This document shows positions 40,201-47,966 of a stretch of 64,000 nt of DNA, in pieces. The notes under the pieces were generated by a model, which saw only the letters and a program-made list of their open reading frames with translations, was not told the origin of the DNA and searched no databases. The translations under genes and the position numbers were made by a program. Source of the stretch: an uncultured Geobacteraceae bacterium (GTDB lineage: Bacteria; Desulfobacterota; Desulfuromonadia; Geobacterales; Pseudopelobacteraceae); the NCBI GenBank assembly GCA_903845365.1, contig CAIMXI010000475.1:24912-88911 (forward strand), given 5' to 3'. Every line of letters starts with the position of its first letter. Position 1 is the first letter of the stretch.

Positions 40201-40524
40201 CAATATACTGAGACACTCGAAGATGCTGTCGCGTCGATAGCCCTGATGCAACGAACGGTTCAGAAAGACCCGTATTTGAACTATGCCTTTACGCTGACCA
40301 CGCCATTTCCAGGATCGGCTCTCTATGATCTTATTTTCCAGAAAGGACTCCTCAAGGATGATCAAGAGTTTTATGACCGGTATTTTTCATCTGCCGGAGA
40401 TTTAAAGCAGGTTGTCAATCTGTCATCAATGTGTGATGACGAGGTCACATCTGCATTTTATGAAATTCATCGCATCTATAATATTGAAAAAAGAAAAGCA
40501 AATGCACTACTGGGAATTGGCTGA
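34291..40524 (+). CDS. 2,077-aa multidomain enzyme: MTase / radical SAM-SPASM / MTase / MTase-like / CgeB-type glycosyltransferase / MTase / B12-binding radical SAM
   Basis: A single uninterrupted ORF. Motifs by residue number: LDVGCGMGG (aa 55-63), CNLRCPEC (aa 217-224), a Cys-rich tail VACCYDHD…FCTENC (aa 436-485), VLDVGSGH (aa 615-622), DVLEHIPYDQL (aa 869-879). Further motifs: NMRLFEATGCGALLITDY (aa 1277-1294), ILEIGCASGYY (aa 1444-1454), GRGCPFTCNFCYHH (aa 1827-1840). Confidence 0.85.
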   Translation: MPDNPNTAVFFNKLYSGTWEINNFSSEWLYEESGRLAFYQRLAMLDFFDCNGAILDVGCGMGGLFSTLANDKRLDKFGIDFSDKAIEIIKKRVKGEFVVGDVHTLPYENNRFDRIICIETLEHVSYPDVLIKEMIRVLKLSGKILITVPNKENDISSENWPGGVNLHINQFTPGTLSQLISDNHMVVEFCDVVDGVIQIQACLSSPKVFMIESTLACNLRCPECAIGGKLITRKQQMMSFGSFKILADKIKPYAQFLYPYIWGEPTLNSDIIPILRYASTFTKTNISTNGMFMTELLAEELIKSGVSSIIVSIDGLSQNVYGRYRIGGDVQKVWTALEVLQRYNLKHGKPVAITPQYIVFRHNQHEMESFVVRCRNLGLEPTFKAPYLRDNSRFEYSDRTEYIRTHYPTEDALKYAMRECPDARYTFTIFVDGSVVACCYDHDNATVFGNLFEQDVDEIWNSPRYRQFRWDMVTGNTPKFCTENCLAYYRGSPERHCSTAANAAQGVDITCSEASLPAQREDNSVRISMKRKKNTDFPLDDLNAAVNYARNLFCSNDYQLAFDLYESLIDYWRNHAIPLLAEVYDQYETLPDKESRYLLYQSRHFDFKISPGDRVLDVGSGHIPFQLATHLTDISVNDDGVGRAGTPFKHLEGIPVYECNVESMPFSDKEFDFVYCSHVLEHTNNPEAACRELMRVGKRGYIETPNRGKDAWLNMAKTSNHRWAVEWVNETLIFTEYTPEEKEGLGNDILMSMHCSPQTPREKAFSALIYLKAPLVNTMFCWNDSFRFEVRHCISAPNLDSVDHGNATWQKTMNLPSVKLYAGDMPEMDQYIGWVGLSISKSDHRHILHDVTRPFPIPDNSVDAFQAEDVLEHIPYDQLLTVLNEIYRVLKPRALFRLSVPDYGCDVLQERSLKDSYGKIVFDPGGGGTVEFPGHVWFPRIDNVRKLINESLFAIFGRVDYLHYYNMDGSFVVKPVDYAIGHVDRTPDHDDRVKSPYRPMSMIIDLVKAAGKGFCLFINTYYGAFLSKAYSQYSDLGDKHYKEQLQQLVDCHFGDSDFYSGRLKDAGWNADDLIVNCEPLQLAWARENETSYEGQDLVVEQVKLAKPDCIYLQNLGLGTKEFLSAIRPYTTLILGQIAYPLLEQTDLSGFDIIFSSFPHFVDRFRAAGITAYYQPLAFEPRILKSVTKFAFSQRPVECSFVGGISPMHGKGYQLLETLATHVPIDFWGYGAVTLPPDSAIRARHHGEVWGTEMFYLLGASKITINRHIDVAENNANNMRLFEATGCGALLITDYKDNLSELFEIGKEVVVYRSPEECIELVRYYLAHSKEAEEIAKAGQARTLRDHVYEKRMKQTAKLMSRHLRYRREQGTLHFPERISDGYQGLSAADVTPKLESAWKSPDIPRQQRALVQQQLMEMYLGNIPEPFKVLSDLLLPLAHAGISILEIGCASGYYCEVLEYLLKRQLDYTGVDYSLAMIDMARDYYPEASFLTADGAKLPIADKTFRIVVSGCVLLHTPAYAQHIAETARVAEQWIAVHRTPVCRTRPTTCYTKMAYGVETVEFRFNEQELLWLFEQEGFKPAKVCTYLERQENDEYEASYLLERVQQLVGIKLPLASPPIRPLLVLNRPVVLVSRAIAYTFPLSYAYLAGQLRSQGEDVRVLFKDIPPQALVKQIMDLNPLIVGFGNLYPELAETKTLIRMLDAVGRKFPIVIGGQMVSPTPEFAVRITGADFGVIGEGELILGELVKRLRNGQDISDLKGLVIRDGAYIQNNGPGPFIENLSSGLPSIPYELFPTEQWLPIGEWYAKNIPVPHWKIDDRVINVHGGRGCPFTCNFCYHHSKARYRDVSVMMDEAQEALIRFNGNMLYFSDDLVMANPKRARELIDAIWKLDRPVSFQISTRFDILARMDDEMLRDLKRAGCRSMGLGLESGSDRILKIIGKNCTAQQIEEGLERLRLVGIYPTTSIMLGQYTETLEDAVASIALMQRTVQKDPYLNYAFTLTTPFPGSALYDLIFQKGLLKDDQEFYDRYFSSAGDLKQVVNLSSMCDDEVTSAFYEIHRIYNIEKRKANALLGIG

Positions 40525-40626
40525 TGCTTTGTTTTTCAGCAGTTAATCCGCAATAGATTTTGCTTGTTGCTTTTGAATACCATAAATGCAAAACACCCAC
40601 AAAATAATCGTATCCAGGGGTTTAAT

Positions 40627-41532
40627 ATGGACATTGTAGACCAGATACTAAGCTGCCCTCTTTTGTTGGAATATCCGCCGGTGCTGCTTGATATCGGGGC
40701 GTCTGGGGAGATACACGCAAAGTGGAAACCCATTGCTAAATACTCGATCTGCATAGCCTTTGATGCTGATGATCGTGAAATCGGTTTTGCTGTCAATGAA
40801 TCAAAGGGTTACAGAAAGCTGTATGTATTTAATAGTCTGGTTTCAGACCGAGCGTTAGACGAAGTCGATTTTTTTCTCACAAAATCGCCTTATTGTTCAA
40901 GTATCCTTGAACCGGACCACACTAGTCTCAATAACTGGAATTTCGGCAATCTGTTTGAAGTAAACCAAGTTACTCGGTTAAAAACGGTTTTACTTTCAGA
41001 TGTGTTGCAGAAAATCGGAGTAAAAAAAATTGATTGGTTTAAAACGGATTCCCAAGGGACTGATTTGCGTCTATTTGCAAGCCTCGGCGAAGAAGTCATC
41101 AATAAAATCCTTGTTGCTGAATTTGAACCCGGCATTATCGATGGTTATAAAGGTGAAGACAAGCTTCATATGCTTATGAAATTTTTGGACACTCTCCCAT
41201 TCTGGATGAGTGATATCAAGATCTGTGGCACGCAGCGAATTAGTCAAAATTCTATACAGCAAAGGTTTAGTAATTACTATGGCGCGCAATTACTTAGCAT
41301 GCCTTTCAGGACATCACCTGGCTGGGCTGAAGTATCTTACTTCAACACGTTTGGAGCGGCGGCTTACTGCCTGGATGTTCGGGATTACCTTTTGGGATGG
41401 GTTTTTGCGCTCATTGAAGGTCAATATGGCTTTACTCTTGATATTGCATTACAAGGAATAGAGCGGTTTGGTGAACCTGCCTTTGAAGATTTGGCAGAAT
41501 GTTCAACTAAGTTGGTTTTTTACAACCCATAA
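40627..41532 (+). CDS. FkbM-like methyltransferase (tentative)
   Basis: VLLDIGASGE…KIDWFKTDSQGTDLRLF resembles the FkbM-family DIGAN.G…K.D.EG.E motifs. The ATG at 40627 is preferred. Confidence 0.5.
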   Translation: MDIVDQILSCPLLLEYPPVLLDIGASGEIHAKWKPIAKYSICIAFDADDREIGFAVNESKGYRKLYVFNSLVSDRALDEVDFFLTKSPYCSSILEPDHTSLNNWNFGNLFEVNQVTRLKTVLLSDVLQKIGVKKIDWFKTDSQGTDLRLFASLGEEVINKILVAEFEPGIIDGYKGEDKLHMLMKFLDTLPFWMSDIKICGTQRISQNSIQQRFSNYYGAQLLSMPFRTSPGWAEVSYFNTFGAAAYCLDVRDYLLGWVFALIEGQYGFTLDIALQGIERFGEPAFEDLAECSTKLVFYNP

Positions 41533-41561
41533 AATAGTTGTCTAGGAAAAAAGGGAATTTC

Positions 41562-42557
41562 ATGGTGTCATTTGACAAAAAAAGTATTCTTATTACCGGT
41601 GGCCTTGGCTTTATCGGCTCGAATCTCGCGATCCGCCTGGTGGAAGTTGGCGCTAATGTCACTTTGGTGGACAGCCTGATTCCGGAGTATGGCGGAAATC
41701 TCTGGAATATAGAGCCGATTAAAGAGCGAGTGCGGATCAATATTTCGGATGTACGGGACGAACATGCCATGAAATATCTGATCCAGGGGCAAGATTACCT
41801 GTTTAATCTGGCTGGCCAGACCAGTCATGTTGACTCGATGAATAATCCTTTCCCTGATCTGGAAATCAACGCCAAGGCACAGCTCTCCATTCTGGAGTCC
41901 TGCCGCAAATACAATCCGGGAATCAAGCTGGTTTTTGCCAGCACCCGCCAGATGTATGGTGTTCCGCAGTACCTGCCGGTAGACGAAAAACATCCTCTTG
42001 CCCCCGTGGATGTTAATGGTATCAACAAGATGGCTGGAGAGTGGTATCACATCCTCTACAACAACGTGTATGGAATACGCTCGTCAGTACTCCGCCTCAC
42101 TAATACCTATGGACCCCGTATGCGGGTTAAGGATGCACGGCAAACATTCCTCGGCATATGGGTCAAAAGGATTATTGATGGGGAGCCGTTACTCGTCTAC
42201 GGCGATGGGAAACAGATCCGTGATTTCAATTATGTGGATGATGTTGTGGATGCTATGCTTGCCTGTGCTATAACTGAAGATGCAAATGGAGAAGTATTCA
42301 ATCTTGGAGCAGATGACCCGATAAATTTGATGGATACGGCACAGCTTATGATTGATGTTGCTGCTGCGGGGACATTCGAAAGGGTTCCTTTTCCTTTGGC
42401 TAGCAAGGTGATTGACATCGGAGATTATTACGCCGACTACCGCAAAATACGGGCAATACTGGGATGGAAACCTAAAATCAGCTTGAATGAAGGTCTTATC
42501 AAGACCCTTCAATATTATTGGGAGCACGGTTCACATTACTGGAGTAACAATAAGTGA
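41562..42557 (+). CDS. NAD-dependent sugar-nucleotide epimerase/dehydratase (extended SDR)
   Basis: ILITGGLGFIGSNL (GxxGxxG) is present, along with a probable YxxxK catalytic motif that I did not locate unambiguously. The ~330 aa size fits the family. Confidence 0.85.
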   Translation: MVSFDKKSILITGGLGFIGSNLAIRLVEVGANVTLVDSLIPEYGGNLWNIEPIKERVRINISDVRDEHAMKYLIQGQDYLFNLAGQTSHVDSMNNPFPDLEINAKAQLSILESCRKYNPGIKLVFASTRQMYGVPQYLPVDEKHPLAPVDVNGINKMAGEWYHILYNNVYGIRSSVLRLTNTYGPRMRVKDARQTFLGIWVKRIIDGEPLLVYGDGKQIRDFNYVDDVVDAMLACAITEDANGEVFNLGADDPINLMDTAQLMIDVAAAGTFERVPFPLASKVIDIGDYYADYRKIRAILGWKPKISLNEGLIKTLQYYWEHGSHYWSNNK

Positions 42558-42646
42558 CGGACAATATTCCCACTGCGAATCTTCAACGACAATAGGCGAT
42601 AAAAAATATGCAGTGCTCTCCGCAGCTTTGGAAAAGATAGAATACA

Positions 42647-43696
42647 ATGAGCAAACGCTATTACTGCACTTATTTTGATAGGAACTATCTGGTACGGGGA
42701 CTGTCACTCATATCATCACTGAACCGCCACGAGAGTAGCTTCACTATTTTTGTTGTCTGCCTTGATGAGCTGACTCGTATCATACTTAAGAAACTGGATC
42801 TTTCCAATGTGATCCTTGTCCCTCTGCATGAGGTGGAAGAGCGTGACATCGCCTTGTCGGCAGCGAGGCAAAATAGAAGTGTCGTTGAATATTACTGGAC
42901 CCTTACCCCATCGATCATTCTCTATCTGATTGGAACGCATCGCCTGGAAAAACTGACCTATCTTGATTCAGATCTTTTCTTCTTTTCATCACCGGAACCA
43001 ATATTCCAGGAAATGGGAAAGAGTTCAATCCTTATCCATGCTCACAGATTTTCTGACAAAACAAGATGGATGGATATTTTTGGAATATACAATGTTGGTC
43101 TTATGATCTTTAAAAATAATGCGGATGGATTATCCTGTTTGAAGTGGTGGCGGGATCAATGCAACCGGTGGTGTTATCACAAAATAGAAGATGGCAAATA
43201 TGGTGATCAGCTCTACCTGAACCAATTTCCACATCTTTTCAATAATGTACATATCCTTCAGCATCCTGGTGCAGGGGTTGCCCCTTGGAATCATGATCAA
43301 TACAAAATCGTAAAAGAGTCTGCTACAGGAACAATTTTTGTTGATGGCTATCCGCTAGTAGTCTACCACTATCATTCACTGAAGTTTTTTCAACCAAATA
43401 TTATTTTTCCTATTTGCTCCAGTAGCTATGATTTTTCGAAAGGAATTCTGGAAATATGCTATCTCCCTTACCTGTACTCACTTCATGAATCGATTGCTGC
43501 AGTGTGGGGGATTATTGGTGATTATGCTTTTGGGCTTTTTGACTCTTCAATCTACAATGCGCCTCTTGTGGCAACAAAAAATTGTCACTCGGGTATTTCC
43601 GCAATCAATGAAAGCGAATGGTATTCCCTTGACGAGGTATGGAACTACTACGGCTTATTTATAGAATGCCCCCAGGCCAGCCCCACATATCCGTAG
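42647..43696 (+). CDS. Putative GT-A-fold nucleotide-diphospho-sugar transferase (GT8-like)
   Basis: The N-terminus YYCTYFDRNYLVRGLSLISSL and a DxD-type motif YLDSDLFFF are present. No confident family assignment. Confidence 0.45.
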   Translation: MSKRYYCTYFDRNYLVRGLSLISSLNRHESSFTIFVVCLDELTRIILKKLDLSNVILVPLHEVEERDIALSAARQNRSVVEYYWTLTPSIILYLIGTHRLEKLTYLDSDLFFFSSPEPIFQEMGKSSILIHAHRFSDKTRWMDIFGIYNVGLMIFKNNADGLSCLKWWRDQCNRWCYHKIEDGKYGDQLYLNQFPHLFNNVHILQHPGAGVAPWNHDQYKIVKESATGTIFVDGYPLVVYHYHSLKFFQPNIIFPICSSSYDFSKGILEICYLPYLYSLHESIAAVWGIIGDYAFGLFDSSIYNAPLVATKNCHSGISAINESEWYSLDEVWNYYGLFIECPQASPTYP

Positions 43697-43703
43697 GTAC
43701 ACA

Positions 43704-45611
43704 ATGAATATTTCTGAAGTAGAGGGGATAGGTTCAACTTTGATGCAGATTCTCGAATGCGCCAATCTGTCATTTGACGCAGGCAATTTCACGGAGGCAC
43801 TTGAGGGGTTCAAGTGCGCCATAAATATGTCTTCGGATAGCATTGAGGCGCAGACAGGTATGGCACTAAGCCTGGTACATCTTTGCCGCTACGCGGAAGC
43901 CATACCTTTACTTGTGTCGCTTGAAGCGGAGATGCCGATGTCTCTTGAGCTACAGTTTCTGCTGGGAGACGCGTTGTATTGCACCGGCCGACTTGATGAG
44001 GCGGAACTCCGTCTGAGTAGCGTTATTGCAAAAGCCCCTGATTACGTTGATGCTCAAAGCCTCCTTGGTAGAGTCTACATGTGTCTGGAGAAATATCCTG
44101 AAGCAAATAAATGTATTTCCACAGCTTTGGCGTTAAACCCGCGACACGTAGTCTCTCTTGCGTACATGGCCATGATGATGACCCATTTCTGTCAGTTTGA
44201 CAACGCCTTGATTGCTCTGGGAAATGCCCTTGCGATTGAACCGAAGAATACTCTTGTGCTGAACAACCTTGGTCGTGCATGCATGATGATGGGGCGCAAT
44301 GATGAAGCTATAGGCTGGTATCGGCAGGCACTGGAGATAGCTCCCGGGGATGTCAGTATCATAGGCAACTATCTGTTTGCGCTCAATTACTGCGCAGATA
44401 CGAGCCCGGAGTTCGTCGCACAGGAGAGCTTTCGTCTTGCTCCGAGCGCTCATCGATTGGACTTCGATTCGACTCCATATCCCCTTCAAAGGAAGCAAGA
44501 CGGTAAATTGCGCATTGGTTACGTTTCCGGCGATTTTTACACTCATTCTGTCACATACTTTGTTGAGCCGATCCTTATACATCACGATTATGATAATTTT
44601 GCTGTCGTTTGCTATTCTCTTGGGACGAACAGAGATGCGACAACTGATCGCATCAAGGCGCTGCCGTGTACCTGGCGCGATATGGCTGGGTCAGCACCGG
44701 ATGCTCTGGCACAACAGATTCGCGAGGACAGAGTTGATATTCTGGTAGACCTTGCCGGCTATACGGCTGTCAACCGCATTGGTGCGTTTGCCCGCCGCCC
44801 GGCACCACTACAGGTAAGCTGGATCGGCTATCCCAACACCAGCGGTCTCCCGCAAATCGATTATTTCCTGACCGACAGCATCTGTGATCCTCCAGGTATG
44901 ACTGATCATCTGTTTAGTGAGCGCCTCTGGCGCCTGCCGAGAATTTTCTGCTGCTACCTGCCGCCCATGGAGTTTCCTGCTGTTGTACCACCGCCGTATC
45001 TTGCAAACGGTTTTGTGACATTCGGCAGTTTTAATAATTTCGCAAAGGTTACGCGGCAGCAACTTATACTCTGGGCTCGAATTATCCGCGCGGTACCTGG
45101 TTCCCGGCTGTACCTGAAGAGTCTGTCTTTGGGTGATCGATCGGTTAATGAGTCAGTTCTGGCGCAGTTTGCTTCAGAAGGTGTTGATAGTGACCGTATC
45201 GACATGAGAGTTGTAACTACGACAAAACTTGAGCATCTTGAAGAGTATTCACGTGTCGATATCGCCCTCGACACATACCCCTATCATGGTACAACCACCA
45301 CCTGCGAAGCTTTATGGATGGGGACTCCGGTCATAACTCGATCAGGTGTCACCCATGCCTCACGCGTCGGCGTTTCTCTTTTACGGAATATCGGTTGTAC
45401 CGATTGTATTGCTGTCGATTCTGATGATTATGTTGTCCGTGCGGTTGCTTTGGCACAGAACCCGGCTCGGTTGATAGCGCTGAGCAGAGAGTTGCGGGCA
45501 ATGATGGCCAGATCTGCTTTAATGGACGTGGGCGGAGTAACCCGTGAAGTTGAAGCAGCATTTGTGGCAATGTATGAGTTGAAGTACCGGGAAGGAAAGA
45601 GTGCTCCATGA
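43704..45611 (+). CDS. TPR + GT41 (SPINDLY / O-GlcNAc-transferase-like) protein glycosyltransferase
   Basis: N-terminal TPRs are followed by LRIGYVSGDFYTHSV…VDLAGYT…LQVSWIGYPNTSGL..IDY..TD…FGSFNN..K…DTYPY.G.TTTCEALWMG.PV.T. Confidence 0.8.
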   Translation: MNISEVEGIGSTLMQILECANLSFDAGNFTEALEGFKCAINMSSDSIEAQTGMALSLVHLCRYAEAIPLLVSLEAEMPMSLELQFLLGDALYCTGRLDEAELRLSSVIAKAPDYVDAQSLLGRVYMCLEKYPEANKCISTALALNPRHVVSLAYMAMMMTHFCQFDNALIALGNALAIEPKNTLVLNNLGRACMMMGRNDEAIGWYRQALEIAPGDVSIIGNYLFALNYCADTSPEFVAQESFRLAPSAHRLDFDSTPYPLQRKQDGKLRIGYVSGDFYTHSVTYFVEPILIHHDYDNFAVVCYSLGTNRDATTDRIKALPCTWRDMAGSAPDALAQQIREDRVDILVDLAGYTAVNRIGAFARRPAPLQVSWIGYPNTSGLPQIDYFLTDSICDPPGMTDHLFSERLWRLPRIFCCYLPPMEFPAVVPPPYLANGFVTFGSFNNFAKVTRQQLILWARIIRAVPGSRLYLKSLSLGDRSVNESVLAQFASEGVDSDRIDMRVVTTTKLEHLEEYSRVDIALDTYPYHGTTTTCEALWMGTPVITRSGVTHASRVGVSLLRNIGCTDCIAVDSDDYVVRAVALAQNPARLIALSRELRAMMARSALMDVGGVTREVEAAFVAMYELKYREGKSAP

Positions 45612-47272
45612 ATGAGATGGAAGACTTTGTTAAGGGGTGCCGTTTTTTTGCCGAAGGAAACCACTCCGCTGCGGAAAACCTCTTCAGACGCTGTCTCAGG
45701 CAGATGCCAGAGGACCCCGATGTTCTGAATGCATTGGGAAGTGCCCTTGATGCTTTGGGATCTCTGGACGAGGCCGCACACTACCTGAACCGTGCCTGCC
45801 AATTGCAGCCAGATAGTGCTCCGTTCCATTTTAATCGTGGCAACCTGTTGCGCAGATGCGGAGAGAGACCTGCTGCTGAACGTGCTTATCTGGAAGCGAT
45901 AAAGTGCGATCCTGGCCTGGCGGAAGCGTATCATGGCCTTGGAAGTCTGTATCTCGAAGAAGGTAAAATTGAACCTGCCGATGCTTGCCTAAAGAAGGCA
46001 ATAAACCTAAAGAATGGCTTTGTTCCTGCCCTCTACGACCTTGGGCAGCTTCGCCATGGGCAGGGATTGCTTGAAGAAGCCGAACAGTATTACCGCCTGA
46101 GTGTCGTCGGTGATGCTCATTTTCTTCCGGCATTGAATTCACTGGGAATGCTGCTGGTACGAAAAGGTCAGGTTGAAGAGGCGCGGAGCTGTTTTGAAAA
46201 GGTGATCCAGAGAGATCAAAACTATCTGCTGGCACGCTGCAATCTTGCTGTACTTGACTCCTGGTGCGGGAATCTCGATCATGCAATCGATGTGTTGCAG
46301 CAGGCTGCCATAGAGGCACCGAACGATGGTAATGTCCAGTTCAACTTGGCACTGGCTTTGCTTAAGGCCGGGAGATTCAAAGAGGGTTGGCGAAAACACG
46401 AGTGGCGCTTTTATAAACCTAATCCGGTGCAAATGCGACATGGTGAAATTCCCCGCTGGCACGGAGAATCGTTAGTCGGCAACTCAATATTGATTTATGC
46501 CGAGCAGGGGTATGGAGACTCCCTCCAGTTCGTCCGCTTTGCATCGCTTCTGGCTGCTCAGGGTGCTACTGTACTGGTTGAAGGACAGGATTGGACAATC
46601 ACACCGTTATTAGCAACGGTTTCTGGAGTTGCCGTCGCCTTCAGTCGTGGTGAGGAGTTGCCATTCAAGCCTGATTACCAGATTCCGATGATGAGTCTAC
46701 CGCTGGAATTGGTTGTGGATGGGGCTCATCCGCTGATTATCAACTACCTGCGTCCCCCTGAAGAGAGGATACGCTTCTGGCACGATAGATTGTCAGGATT
46801 GCCAGGGTGTAAAGTAGGGATAGCCTGGTCTGGCCGTCTGGAACACGTGAACGCCTCTAACCGCTCCATCTCACCGGAACATCTTGCCCCGCTGTGCGGA
46901 ATATGCGGCATCTCCTGGGTCAGCTTGCAGTTTGGTCCTGATAAACCATCACCGTCGCCGATTCCCATGCTTGACCCCAGGGACAGCGTCGTTGATTTTT
47001 GCGACTCCGCTGCACTTATTTCCGTGCTTGACCTGGTAATAACGGTGGACTCGGCAGTTGCTCATCTGGCGGGAGGATTGGGCGTGCCGGTCTGGTTGCT
47101 ACTCCCCTGGAATCCTGATTGGCGCTGGATGCAAGATCGTGAAAAGTCGTCATGGTATCCGTCTGTGAGATTATTTCGACAAACGTCGCCGAACAAATGG
47201 ACAGATGTGATTAACGATGTAATTCAGCTTTTCTCTTACTTTCTGGAAAGGGGTTATAATGGGATTAATTAG
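45608..47272 (+). CDS. TPR + GT9-like (heptosyltransferase-fold) fusion protein
   Basis: TPRs occupy aa ~1-250. They are followed by W.KHEWRF…IPRWHGESL…IYAEQGYGDSLQFVRF…VDSAVAHLAGGLGVPVWLLLPWNPDWRW…SSWYPSVRLFRQ. The start overlaps the upstream stop (ATGA). Confidence 0.75.
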   Translation: MNEMEDFVKGCRFFAEGNHSAAENLFRRCLRQMPEDPDVLNALGSALDALGSLDEAAHYLNRACQLQPDSAPFHFNRGNLLRRCGERPAAERAYLEAIKCDPGLAEAYHGLGSLYLEEGKIEPADACLKKAINLKNGFVPALYDLGQLRHGQGLLEEAEQYYRLSVVGDAHFLPALNSLGMLLVRKGQVEEARSCFEKVIQRDQNYLLARCNLAVLDSWCGNLDHAIDVLQQAAIEAPNDGNVQFNLALALLKAGRFKEGWRKHEWRFYKPNPVQMRHGEIPRWHGESLVGNSILIYAEQGYGDSLQFVRFASLLAAQGATVLVEGQDWTITPLLATVSGVAVAFSRGEELPFKPDYQIPMMSLPLELVVDGAHPLIINYLRPPEERIRFWHDRLSGLPGCKVGIAWSGRLEHVNASNRSISPEHLAPLCGICGISWVSLQFGPDKPSPSPIPMLDPRDSVVDFCDSAALISVLDLVITVDSAVAHLAGGLGVPVWLLLPWNPDWRWMQDREKSSWYPSVRLFRQTSPNKWTDVINDVIQLFSYFLERGYNGIN

Positions 47273-47966
47273 GGATGCATGGGGTGTTCTTTACATGGTG
47301 TGGGGCAGTTCCCATGATCAGTTGCTCGAACGTTCCATCAATTCTCTAAAGATATATCACCCTGATCTGCCGATACATATCCACAGGGTTGAGGTTGCTG
47401 ATAGGGACAGCGCTTCGGCGGTGATGTTTCTGGCCAAGGCGGCCATGGCTAAATTTTCACCTTTTGAAAATACATTGTATCTTGATGCGGATACCATTGT
47501 AATGGGGCCACTGGAGTATGGTTTTGAGAAAGCGGAGCAGTTCGGGCTCACCTGTTGTATCTGCGAGTGCCCGTGGGCTCAGCGCTACAAAGGGCTCAAA
47601 CATTTGGATGGACTGGTTGAATACAATACAGGAGTCCTTTTTTTTACCAAAAAAGCACAATCAGTATTTTATCTGTGGGAACAGTTAGCCAGAGTGGTCG
47701 ATTCTTCCGTTCGTTATAACGACGAAAATGGAGTAAATGTCATGGATCATAACGACCAGGCAGCCTTTGCCAGGGCAATAGAGATGACAGGCTTTAACCC
47801 ATTTGTGTTGCCGATTAATTGGAATCTTCGCCCCAGATGGCAGAGATCTTTTTTCGGTCCGCTCAGGATATGGCATGACATTGCGCCTCCACCTACAGAA
47901 ATATCTTCCGTGAACTCGTATTATGAAAAAGAAGATCCGATCTTCTTTGAAGTGAAAATGACATGA
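47259..47966 (+). CDS. GT8-like GT-A glycosyltransferase (tentative)
   Basis: The LYLDADTIVMGPL DxD context and NTGVLFF are present. It overlaps both neighbouring genes. Confidence 0.5.
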   Translation: MGLIRDAWGVLYMVWGSSHDQLLERSINSLKIYHPDLPIHIHRVEVADRDSASAVMFLAKAAMAKFSPFENTLYLDADTIVMGPLEYGFEKAEQFGLTCCICECPWAQRYKGLKHLDGLVEYNTGVLFFTKKAQSVFYLWEQLARVVDSSVRYNDENGVNVMDHNDQAAFARAIEMTGFNPFVLPINWNLRPRWQRSFFGPLRIWHDIAPPPTEISSVNSYYEKEDPIFFEVKMT

